From Carcharhinus amblyrhynchos (taxonomy: Eukaryota), in NCBI GenBank assembly GCA_965287045.1, contig OZ336874.1:44206001-44270000 (forward strand): a stretch of 64,000 nucleotides of DNA. Direction: 5' to 3'. The notes under the pieces are model-generated. The model ran no database searches, was not told the DNA's origin, and worked only from the letters and a program-made list of their open reading frames with translations. A program made the translations under genes and the position numbers. Positions within the stretch are counted from its first letter, which is position 1; every line of letters begins with the position of its first letter. Shown here piece after piece: positions 39,801-46,856 of this stretch.

Positions 39801-39950
39801 GCTGTCACTTTCACTTGTTCAGTATGTCCACCCAAGTTACTTTCATTTTTTAATTTAAAAAAACACGTAGTTACATTACTCACCCGTTACAGCGGTGGGC
39901 GAATAAGAACACAATGCGAACAGTAATACAATCAATCGAAAGGGAATCAT
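740..39950 (-). CDS. VLDLR: VLDLR-like LDL-receptor-family gene with a tandemly triplicated ectodomain (37 coding exons in window; 3' end lies beyond position 1)
   Basis: Signal-peptide exon, then three LA-EGF-EGF-YWTD-EGF cassettes (the third EGF-C is outside the window). Exon lengths 120/126/172/119/140/142 and intron phases match the LDLR/VLDLR gene structure. Repeats resemble VLDLR LA2-LA8 (e.g. [24 protein letters not shown]). Neighbour is SMARCA2. It is a paralog-type VLDLR-like gene, not necessarily the canonical ortholog. Confidence 0.88.
1425..1564 (-). CDS. VLDLR: Cassette 3, YWTD propeller exon 4
   Basis: [28 protein letters not shown]; 140 nt. Confidence 0.92.
1643..1761 (-). CDS. 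VLDLR: Cassette 3, YWTD propeller exon 3
   Basis: [20 protein letters not shown]; 119 nt; GTTAGT donor. Confidence 0.9.
2229..2453 (-). CDS. VLDLR: Cassette 3, YWTD propeller exon 2
   Basis: [15 protein letters not shown]...[12 protein letters not shown]; 225 nt. Confidence 0.9.
2745..2916 (-). CDS. VLDLR: Cassette 3, YWTD propeller exon 1
   Basis: [18 protein letters not shown]...IFWADL; 172 nt. Confidence 0.92.
3231..3356 (-). CDS. VLDLR: Cassette 3, EGF-B
   Basis: [30 protein letters not shown]; 126 nt. Confidence 0.92.
3432..3551 (-). CDS. VLDLR: Cassette 3, EGF-A
   Basis: [30 protein letters not shown]; 120 nt. Confidence 0.92.
4107..4360 (+). mobile_element. tRNA-derived SINE (V-SINE/HE1-like)
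   Basis: tRNA-like head with B-box-like gagttcaatt, tgtggagtttgcacatt core, and a tail shared with other copies. Confidence 0.7.
4420..5110 (+). mobile_element. Highly decayed CR1-type LINE ORF2 fragment
   Basis: Remnants of the KSPG, WKAANV.PL and DF...F..VPH motifs. Confidence 0.5.
5498..5614 (-). CDS. VLDLR: Cassette 3, LA8-like repeat
   Basis: [38 protein letters not shown]; 117 nt. Confidence 0.88.
5695..5817 (-). CDS. VLDLR: Cassette 3, LA7-like repeat
   Basis: [36 protein letters not shown]; 123 nt. Confidence 0.9.
6048..6297 (+). mobile_element. tRNA-derived SINE (V-SINE/HE1-like)
   Basis: gtggcagtggttaacactgctgcctca head; ggagtttgcacattc core; aacttcattgcagtgttaatgtaagcc tail. 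Confidence 0.75.
6456..6827 (-). CDS. VLDLR: Cassette 3, LA4-6-like repeats
   Basis: [16 protein letters not shown]...[11 protein letters not shown]; 372 nt. Confidence 0.92.
7508..7630 (-). CDS. VLDLR: Cassette 3, LA3-like repeat
   Basis: [38 protein letters not shown]; 123 nt. Confidence 0.92.
8279..8392 (-). pseudogene. Pseudo-exon: decayed LA2-like repeat of cassette 3
   Basis: [34 protein letters not shown] is recognisable, but the acceptor position reads CAA, the donor position reads CTAAAT, and two short deletions give an in-frame TGA. Confidence 0.85.
9505..9645 (-). CDS. VLDLR: Cassette 2, EGF-C
   Basis: [23 protein letters not shown]...YTCVCPSG; 141 nt; phase-1 GTAAAT donor. Confidence 0.9.
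10010..10151 (-). CDS. VLDLR: Cassette 2, YWTD propeller exon 5
   Basis: [21 protein letters not shown]...QPSG; 142 nt. Confidence 0.92.
11294..11433 (-). CDS. VLDLR: Cassette 2, YWTD propeller exon 4
   Basis: [28 protein letters not shown]; 140 nt. Confidence 0.92.
11507..11625 (-). CDS. VLDLR: Cassette 2, YWTD propeller exon 3
   Basis: [20 protein letters not shown]; 119 nt; AAG acceptor. Confidence 0.9.
12789..13013 (-). CDS. VLDLR: Cassette 2, YWTD propeller exon 2
   Basis: [15 protein letters not shown]...[12 protein letters not shown]; 225 nt. Confidence 0.9.
13345..13516 (-). CDS. VLDLR: Cassette 2, YWTD propeller exon 1
   Basis: [18 protein letters not shown]...IFWADL; 172 nt. Confidence 0.92.
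14205..14333 (-). CDS. VLDLR: Cassette 2, EGF-B
   Basis: [26 protein letters not shown]; 129 nt. Confidence 0.9.
15017..15136 (-). CDS. VLDLR: Cassette 2, EGF-A
   Basis: [29 protein letters not shown]; 120 nt. Confidence 0.92.
16766..16882 (-). CDS. VLDLR: Cassette 2, LA8-like repeat
   Basis: [15 protein letters not shown]...[13 protein letters not shown]; 117 nt. Confidence 0.9.
16956..17081 (-). CDS. VLDLR: Cassette 2, LA7-like repeat
   Basis: [36 protein letters not shown]; 126 nt. Confidence 0.9.
17105..17400 (-). mobile_element. CR1 LINE 3'-end fragment
   Basis: Reverse complement matches the 59620-59960 CR1 3' end. Confidence 0.65.
18230..19810 (+). mobile_element. Decayed CR1 LINE (ORF2 reverse transcriptase to 3' UTR)
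   Basis: Broken [21 protein letters not shown] and SKFAD.TK motifs; CR1 3' end. Confidence 0.8.
20015..20280 (+). mobile_element. CR1 LINE 3'-end fragment
   Basis: aaaacaagagggcataggtttt...tgtatgactc tail. Confidence 0.65.
21275..21640 (-). CDS. VLDLR: Cassette 2, LA4-6-like repeats
   Basis: [15 protein letters not shown]...[11 protein letters not shown]; 366 nt. Confidence 0.92.
22048..22167 (-). CDS. VLDLR: Cassette 2, LA3-like repeat
   Basis: [37 protein letters not shown]; 120 nt. Confidence 0.9.
23016..23053 (+). pseudogene. U2 snRNA 5' fragment (about nt 1-39), head of a repeat
   Basis: gtcacttccagccttttggctaagatcaagcatagtat versus U2 ATCGCTTCTCGGCCTTTTGGCTAAGATCAAGTGTAGTAT; the rest of U2 is absent. 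Confidence 0.75.
23517..23820 (-). mobile_element. tRNA-derived SINE (V-SINE/HE1-like)
   Basis: Reverse strand reads tggcatggtagcacagtggtgagcactgctgcttcacag..gggtttgattcc..tgtggagtttgca; CR1-like 3' tail. Confidence 0.8.
24553..24678 (-). CDS. VLDLR: Cassette 2, LA2-like repeat
   Basis: [38 protein letters not shown]; cag/gtaagt; 126 nt. Confidence 0.88.
25883..26029 (-). CDS. VLDLR: Cassette 1, EGF-C
   Basis: [22 protein letters not shown]...CVCPAGF; 147 nt; phase-1 GTAAGA donor. Confidence 0.9.
26368..26657 (+). mobile_element. tRNA-derived SINE (V-SINE/HE1-like)
   Basis: ggcacagtagttagtactgct head; gttgcacattcttccc core; tail ending gggattctatga. Confidence 0.75.
26755..26896 (-). CDS. 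VLDLR: Cassette 1, YWTD propeller exon 5
   Basis: [21 protein letters not shown]...QPSG; 142 nt. Confidence 0.92.
27575..27714 (-). CDS. VLDLR: Cassette 1, YWTD propeller exon 4
   Basis: [28 protein letters not shown]...IFE; 140 nt. Confidence 0.92.
27792..27910 (-). CDS. VLDLR: Cassette 1, YWTD propeller exon 3
   Basis: [20 protein letters not shown]...WPNGITL; 119 nt; AAG acceptor. Confidence 0.9.
28391..28615 (-). CDS. VLDLR: Cassette 1, YWTD propeller exon 2
   Basis: [15 protein letters not shown]...[12 protein letters not shown]; 225 nt. Confidence 0.9.
29935..30166 (+). mobile_element. Degenerate tRNA-derived SINE
   Basis: Same head, core and tail motifs as the copy at 6048-6297. 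Confidence 0.6.
30215..30353. mobile_element. Short palindromic interspersed repeat, copy 2 (hairpin 30254-30346)
   Basis: Inverted arms of about 44 bp: tctcaacaccaggttaaagtccaacaggtttatttggtagcaaa and tttgctaccaattaaacctgttggactctaacctgatgttgaga. Confidence 0.75.
30529..30700 (-). CDS. VLDLR: Cassette 1, YWTD propeller exon 1
   Basis: [17 protein letters not shown]...IFWADL; 172 nt. Confidence 0.92.
31615..31740 (-). CDS. VLDLR: Cassette 1, EGF-B (calcium-binding type)
   Basis: [26 protein letters not shown]; 126 nt; donor GCAAGT (GC-AG intron). Confidence 0.9.
31816..31935 (-). CDS. VLDLR: Cassette 1, EGF-A
   Basis: [30 protein letters not shown]; 120 nt; donor GCAAGT (GC-AG intron). Confidence 0.9.
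32130..33420. mobile_element. Decayed non-LTR retrotransposon remnants
   Basis: Minus-strand [10 protein letters not shown] near 32945-32980 resembles the RT D.TAAYDTVW motif; heavily broken. Confidence 0.4.
34574..34696 (-). CDS. VLDLR: Cassette 1, LA8-like repeat
   Basis: [38 protein letters not shown]; cag/gtatgt; 123 nt. Confidence 0.92.
34776..34892 (-). CDS. VLDLR: Cassette 1, LA7-like repeat
   Basis: [34 protein letters not shown]; cag/gtaagt; 117 nt. Confidence 0.88.
35085..35655 (-). mobile_element. LINE 3' fragment (family also at about 49830-50310, 54480-55440, 56050-57050 and 62400-62800)
   Basis: Mutual similarity between copies; ORF 35146-35571 resembles a degraded LINE ORF2 C-terminus. 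Confidence 0.65.
35860..36125 (+). mobile_element. SINE fragment (V-SINE core)
   Basis: gggagtttgcgcattctccttgtgcttgcgtgggttttctccgggtgctccggtttcctcccacac. Confidence 0.7.
37042..37407 (-). CDS. VLDLR: Cassette 1, three LDL-A repeats (LA4-6-like)
   Basis: [16 protein letters not shown]...[11 protein letters not shown]; tag/gtaagt; 366 nt. Confidence 0.92.
38299..38421 (-). CDS. VLDLR: Cassette 1, LDL-A repeat (LA3-like)
   Basis: [38 protein letters not shown]; cag/gtatgt; 123 nt. Confidence 0.92.
38700..39480 (+). mobile_element. CR1 LINE 3' fragment in intron 1
   Basis: [30 protein letters not shown] is a CR1 ORF2 C-terminal motif. Confidence 0.8.
39884..39950 (-). CDS. VLDLR: Exon 1: start codon and signal peptide [22 protein letters not shown](G)
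   Basis: ATG at 39950, hydrophobic core, phase-1 GTGAGT donor; 67 nt; lies in a CpG-retaining region. Confidence 0.85.
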
Positions 39951-40250
39951 ATCGTGAGCCAAAGCGGGAATCCAAAATCTGAAACTGTTCCTGGGCAGCC
40001 AAATACACAGAAATTGTAATTCCCCTTCCCTTTTCTGATCGATCTGAACTAAATGACATGAATCCTTTTTTTTATCGTTTTTCTTAACCCCACCCCACGA
40101 TTAATTGGTCATTGGGTGTTTGTTATTTCAATTAGCTTGTTCAGTTGTAGATAAATTCATTCGCATTGGTGCCCGGTAAAGATTGATTCATTGCATATCA
40201 TTAACCTTAGTGCAATCGGTTCTTGCTGCTAATGGTAAAGGGTTTTCGTT
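39951..40250 (-). promoter_or_regulatory. Putative promoter and 5' UTR of the VLDLR-like gene
   Basis: Local CpG retention; minus-strand CCAAT at 40104-40108, 40111-40115 and 40165-40169; SRE-like CCCACCCCAC at 40089-40098. Confidence 0.55.
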
Positions 40251-43149
40251 GTCCTGTGAGGGGCCACTGGTACTTTACTCTTTTTACCTGGTTTATTGGA
40301 CTAAGGTGATAAAACTGCGATGAAATGTGTTCCTGGAAGATACATCACACGCCTTGCTCCCATACTCCAGACAGAGATCCCATAACACATCCATCCTGAT
40401 ATTTTCCAGCATTTTTTGCTTTTGTTTCTGAATCCAGCATCCACAGTATTTTGCTTTCATCCTGCCTTGGTGCGCGAATTGGAAATCATAAGGATTCATT
40501 CCAATTTTCTTCCTGCAGCTAGTGGCACGCTAAGGCAAACTTTTATCTGTTTCCATGGCTAGTTCAGGGAGTTTCACAGTTACTTCATTGCAGTGTTAAT
40601 GTAAGCCTTACTTGTGACAAATAAATAAACTTTACTTAATCTGTCACCAGGAGCTTATAGTTTGAGGAGTGCCACTCCACATCAAATGCCACTCACCAGG
40701 AGTCTCTCCTGCTCTTACCGCCAGCCACTGGTGTTTTAGAAAGGATTTGTATGTTTACGTACACAACCTATTTGGTCATGTTGTGAATGCACCTTCCTTG
40801 GCCATCATGTCCTGGGGCAGGACTCAAATCCAGAGCTTCTGACTCAGAGGCACTACCCACTGCACCACAAGACCTCCTAAAAAGACTCATTGTCACATTG
40901 GAACCTCCCTACCCCCACCTCCCCCTGCCAATTTTCAATATTTTTATAGCTGGTAAAGAGGTTCCAAGAAAATGACAAGAAAAAGTTTTTAACGTCCCGA
41001 TGATTTTTCTTCCAGGCTGCAAACAGTAGTATCCTAGAGATTGACCTTCACTCCTGGAGAATCCCAGACAATCCTGGAGGACATTCTTACCAAATTATTT
41101 GAAGTTGAATGTTTGGAAGAAATGTTTTGAATTTGAAGCATTAAACACATATGTATCAGTTGAATTTAATGCACCAACAATTCTCATTGTTACTGTCACA
41201 TCATTAAAGTTAAATTATTAAAGTTTAATGACTTTTTTTAGTTATGTTTATTAATTGAATTAATGCTAGTATTGTACATCATCAGCATACACAGTAGTAT
41301 AGGAAGACATGTAAAATAGAAAGACTATTAAGTGATGTGTGCTCATTAAGTGAAATTAAAAATATATCTGAATAGTATCAGATTCCAGTATTATGCCCAA
41401 ATGTTTAGAACAGTTTCTTTGGGACATTAATAACCGTACATATTAATTTCTTATTCTGTGGCATGCCATCCCAAATGAACTCAGAGTACCACTGAAAGAA
41501 ATAAAACCATTTTATTCATAATATTTTGCCTCTATTGTGCCAGAGTAAAGGAGATCATGGAGTGAGTGCTAAATATCCTGCAGGGGGAGGGGAAAGAGCT
41601 AGAAGTTTTGGTATACATCCTTATCAATGACATAGAGAGAGCAGGTATTGAGGTCTGACAGTCAGACCTTCAGGAGCTGGGGAAGAAGTTAAAAAGTTGA
41701 ACCCTGCTGCTGACCATCTCTGGATTACACCAAGTGGAAGAAATAGAAAGATAAAGAAAATCAATGTGTGGTTTGACGCATGGTGCAAGACTCTTGGGAC
41801 ATTGGGGAAAATTCTGGGGCAGGCAGTGCCTGTTAAAAGGGTTGGATTGCACATTAATGGGACTGAGATCAATCAACATCCTTGCAGGGTGGGCATTCAT
41901 TAGTATTGCTATAGTCAGTTTATCCCAAATTTGAAGTGGTGGGTTTGGGAGACCATTTTGAGCTGGCACCCGCTTATGGCAGTAGAAAAGTGGAGTAAGG
42001 TGCATAAAAAAAATGAGAGTGTTGGATAGTCCTAAATAGTATCATATTAGACTAAGATGGACCACAAGGAATACACTGACAGGTTTAGAATGCATCTATA
42101 TAAATCGACAAATTGTGGCAAGTGAAGTCGGTCAGCAACAAGCAGAAATAACCATATGGGAATATGATGGAAATAAAATGAGTTGTGGTGGTAGTACTGA
42201 TTAGGAAAGACATTTGGGTAAATATTATGATCCCCTGAAGGTTGGGGCTTGTAAAGTAAAACTAGTAGCTTGCCCATCATCTTGCCACCCACCCACCACC
42301 TGTCTCTCATATTACATTGGATGGGTAAGGCATCAGGTAGCCTGCTGCCCTTGTACTATTGAGGCACTAAAGTAGACAATTAAAGACTTTGTTCCATCTC
42401 CACTGTCATAATGCGTGCAGCAGGGAAAGCTGGAAGCAGGACAGACAGTACAGCAGCTTTCATTACACAGGATGCTGGTGGGCAGGAAAGGCAGTTGCCT
42501 CCTTTGGGGGGGATCTGCTGTGCCTAAGATCACATCTGCCCTTAAAGTCAACCCCCTCATCCCTTCCTCAATCCCCAGCTTCCCAAACACCGCCGCTTCT
42601 GCTTGGCAGGCAGATCCAAAAACCCCAGACTTACCTAGAATACAGCATCTATGGCACTGTTTCTCCTGGCCTGTTTGTAGCTTCGGAACTGACCATTATG
42701 TGATCCCAGTGATGTTAACAGCCCTTCCTTTCAGATGAAGGCAGAAATCTCACTCTAAATCAATTAAAGCTGCCCCTGGCATATTATTGTTGTGAAGAAG
42801 CTGGGTTTCTGGTTGGCGTGGTGCCAATGGACTTTTCGGTTAGGGGGTGGGTAATCTGTCCCCTCCCATATAAAATCTACCCCATTGTGGTATTGGAAAA
42901 AATGGATCTCCTTTAAGGGGCAAGGACAGGATCCATTTGGTTAGAGTTGAGAAACAAAAAGGATATGATTGTACCACTGATGGTATTCCATAGGCCTCCA
43001 ATTTGTGAATGAGAGATGGTAGAGTAAAAACCAGAGAGTGGTGATATTGGGGGATCTTATTTACCCAAATATTGATTGAGATAATGTTGGAGTGTAGAAA
43101 AGGGAAAGAGAGTAATTGTTGATATCTGTATAGGGGAACTTCTTTGGCC

Positions 43150-44220
43150 ATAATATTTGTGGTTCAACCAGGAACAAGGAATTTCTGGATCTGATGCTGG
43201 GGAATGAGGTGGGGAAATATTTTTAAGACGCGGGTTGATGGGTTTTTGATAGGAGAGGGGATTAAGGGTTATGGGGAGAGGGCGGGAAAGTGGAACTGAG
43301 CAGCGACATATCAGCCATGATCTTATTGAATGGCGGGGCAGGCTCGAGGGGCTGGATGGCCTACTCCTGCTCCTATTTCTTATGTTCTTATGTTCTTATG
43401 AAAGTGGACCAAGTGTCTGTGGGAGAACACTTGGGTAAGACTGCCATCGTTGAATAAGGTTTAGATTAGTAATTAAAAAGAGCAAAAAACAATCTAACAC
43501 GGGACTTCCAAATTGGGATAGGGCTAATTCCAATGAGATGAGAGAGGATCCAGCCTATGAAATGTTGAGCCAAAGTTTGGCAAGGAAAATTGTAATGGAA
43601 CAATGGGCGATCTTTGAGGAAGAGATGAAGTACATTCCAACAAGAGTTAGGGGAAGCAAACCTAGGGCTTCTTGGATGACAACAGAGGTAGAGGATATAA
43701 TGAAACAAAAAAGAGGGTGTATGATATATGTCACGTAAGTTATTCAAATAAAAACCTGGTCAAATACAATAAGTTGAGAAAGGAAGTGAAGAGGAAAATA
43801 AGACTGGCAAAGAGAATAATAAGCAAACATAATGACAGTTAATAGAAAAGTTCTCTCAAAAATTTTCTTCCACCACATAAATAGTAAGCAGGTGGGAAGT
43901 GCCTATTAAGGACAAAGAAGGAGATATGCTTAGAGGCACAGAACAAGTTGGAATATTTAATGAGTACTTTATATCAGTGTTTACTAAGAGGAAACTGATA
44001 ACATATCAGTAGGAGTGAAAATGGCAGAGGTAATAGAGTAAAAATTAATAGGCTGGCTGTGGCTTAGGGTGAATAAGCCACGTGGTTTGTATGACTTACA
44101 TTCTAGGAGCTAAGGGAAGTGGGATGGGGCTAATACAGGAGCTGGCCATAATCTTTCACTCTTTCCTAGATTTGAGGGATGTGTCACAGAATTGGAAAAT
44201 GGGTAATGTCTGATTAAGAA
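43150..44220 (+). mobile_element. Decayed CR1 ORF2 fragment with a nested CR1 3' end at about 43219-43400 (tatgttct tail)
   Basis: LDLMLGNE, GEHLG and LNEYF.SVFT remnants; nested CpG-richer segment ending tatgttcttatgttcttatg. Confidence 0.7.
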
Positions 44221-44249
44221 AGGGTGTAAAAAAAGGCTCTCCTAAATGG

Positions 44250-46800
44250 ATGTCAGCAATTCCTCCCTAACATTTACTTTGCTCAACAGTTCAGGGCATA
44301 GGAAACTGCACAGTATCCTTCAATATATTGGAAAAATAGCTGAGCCAAGGCTGACAGCATCCCCTGGACAGGACAGTCGTGGAGATGATGATGTAATGTT
44401 TGGTGGTAGGTTGATGGGCAAAGGTATGATGAAGTGTTGGAGAATTTGGACTCTGGCCTCTGCAAGGTAGAGTTTGATTCACCTGACAATAACAACACCC
44501 CTTGTTAGTAGGATGGATGACAATGGTCTTTCTGCTCGACCGGAGTTCAGCAAGTTCTGACAGAGACTTCAGTCTTGTTCAGGCCCCTTGGTGCCATACC
44601 CAGTCAAATGTTGCTTGGATTTTGAGGACAGTCACTCTCTTCTCGTTTGCTCTTTTGTCCATGTTTGAACCAAGTCTGTAATGAGGTCAGGAACTGAGTG
44701 ACTCTGGCAGAATCCACTGAGCAGGTTATTGCTAAGCCTGTGCTGATTGGTAACACTGTTGATGACCCCTTCCATCACTTTATTGATGATTGGGAATACA
44801 CTGATGGGATAATAATTGATTGGGTTGGATTGGTCCTGTGTCTGGTGTACCAGACATACTTTGGCACTTTTCCACATGGCCGGGTAGATGTCAATGTTGT
44901 AACTGTACAGGAAATGCTTGGCTAGGGGCACTTCAAGTTCTAGAGCACAAGTCTTTAGTACTATTGCCAGAATATTGTCAGGGTCCATTGCCTTTGCAGT
45001 ATCCATTTGATCTGATTTGATTTGATTTATTATTGTCACATGTATTAGTACACAGTGAAAAGTATTGTTTCTTGCATATGGTATGTAGAGAAGGAAAGAG
45101 AGTGCAGAATGTAGTGTTACGGTCATAGATAGGGTGTAGAGAAAGATCAACTTAGTGCGAGGTAGGTCTGTTCAAAAATATAATGGCAGCAGGGTAGAAG
45201 CTGTTCTTGAGTCAGTTAGTATGTGACCTCAGGCTTTTATGTCTTTTTCCCGATTGAAGAAGGTAGAAGACAGTATATGTTGGGTGCATGGGGCCCTTAA
45301 TCATGCTGGCTGCTTTTCCAAGGCAGTGAGAAGTATACAGAGTCGAGAGATAGGACACTGATTTGCTTGATGGATTGGGCTGCATTCACAACCTTTTGTA
45401 GTTTTTTGTGATCTTGGGCAGAGTTGGAGCCATACCAAGCTGTGATGTAACTGGAAAGAATGCTTTGTATGGTGCATCTGTAAAAGTTGGTGAGAGTCAT
45501 AGCTGACATGCCAAATTTCATTAATTTTCTGAGGAAGTAGAGGCATTGGTAGGCTTTTGTAACTATAGTCTCCGTTACTTGATGTGAAGTGAATTGAATT
45601 GGCTGAAGACTGACACCTGTAACGATAGGGACCTGCAGCAGAGGCCGAGATAGATCATCTATATCTGGAGACTATTGCAAATTCTTCAGTTTATCTTTTG
45701 CATTGATGTACTGTGCTCCCCCATCATTGAGGATGGGGCTATTTATGGAGTCTCGTTCTCCAGTGAATTGTTTAATTGTCCACTACCACTCACAGGTGGG
45801 ATATGGCAGGACTGCAGAGCTTAGATCTGATCCATTATTTGTGGAATTACTTAGCTCTGTCACTTCTGCTGATGCTGTTTGGCTTGCGATAATCCTGCAT
45901 TGTAGCTTCATTAGGTTGACACCTCGATTTTAGGGAGGTTTGATGCCATTCCTGGCATGCACCCCAGCTCTCTTCATTGAACCAGAGTTGATCCCCTGGC
46001 TTGCTGGTAATGATAGAGTGGAGGATATGCTGGGCCATGAGGTTGTGGTCAAGTACAATTCTGCTGCTGCCGATGGCCCATGCAAATCAGTTTTGAGTTG
46101 CTAGATCAACTTAAAATTTGTACCGAAGTGGCATGGTGGTAGTGCTACACAATGCAATGGAGGGTATCCTGAAATGAAGATGGCAGTTTGTCTTGACAGG
46201 GATTGTGCAGTGGTCAATCCTATCAATACTGTAATGGACAGATGAAATGAGGTCAAGTATGTTTTTTCTCCCTTGTTTTTATCCCTCGCCAGCTGCCACA
46301 GACCTAGTCTAGCAGCTTTGTTCTTTAGGACTTCGAAGCTCAGCAAGTAGTGATGCTACTGAGCCACTCTTATGATGGGCATTGAAGCCCATCATCCAGA
46401 GTATAGTCTGTGTCCTTGCCACCCTCAGTGCTTCCCCCAAGTGGTATTCAATATGGAGAAGGACTGATTTATCAGCTGAAGGCAGATGGTATGTGGTAAT
46501 CATTTCTTTGCCCAAGTTTGACCAGATGCCACAAGGTTTTATGTGATCTGGCATGGACGTTGAGGACTCTCAGGGTGGCTCCCTCTCGATTATACACTAT
46601 GCTGCTTGACCTCTGTTGAGACTGCGGTGGGACAGGATAGAATATTGAAATCTGGGACATTTTCTGTTGGGAATGATTCTGAGTTTGACTATGTCAGGCT
46701 TTTGCTTTACCAGCCTATGAAAAAGCTCTCCCAATTTTGGCACAAGCCCTTGGGTTTTCAGCCAGGGTTGACAGGGTGAGGGTCGCTGCTGTCATTTCCA
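44250..46800 (-). mobile_element. Decayed LINE (endonuclease to RT) with a nested second LINE 3' end at about 45005-45570
   Basis: KAMDPDNILAIVLKTCA..WKSAKV..NYYPIS RT-proximal motifs; nested LTNFYRCTIQSILS..ITAWYG (DUF1891-like ORF2 C-terminus) with (atcaa)n tail. Confidence 0.75.
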
Positions 46801-46856
46801 GTGCTCAGGTCATTGCCAGGTGATTCATCTGACTTTCTTGTGGTTTGTTACAGCTC

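Noticed and set aside
740-39950. Three separate tandem VLDLR genes
   Set aside because: Only one signal-peptide exon and promoter was found; there are no TM or cytoplasmic exons between cassettes; the junction introns are short and phase-compatible
740-39950. LRP1, LRP1B or LRP2 ortholog
   Set aside because: Each cassette reproduces VLDLR/LDLR exon sizes and VLDLR-like repeats with one propeller per cluster, and the neighbour is SMARCA2
740-39950. Assembly artefact duplicating one cassette
   Set aside because: The cassettes are substantially diverged in exons and have dissimilar introns and different TE insertions
44632-45150. 172-aa ORF as a host gene
   Set aside because: It is a chimera of two nested LINE fragments read through by chance
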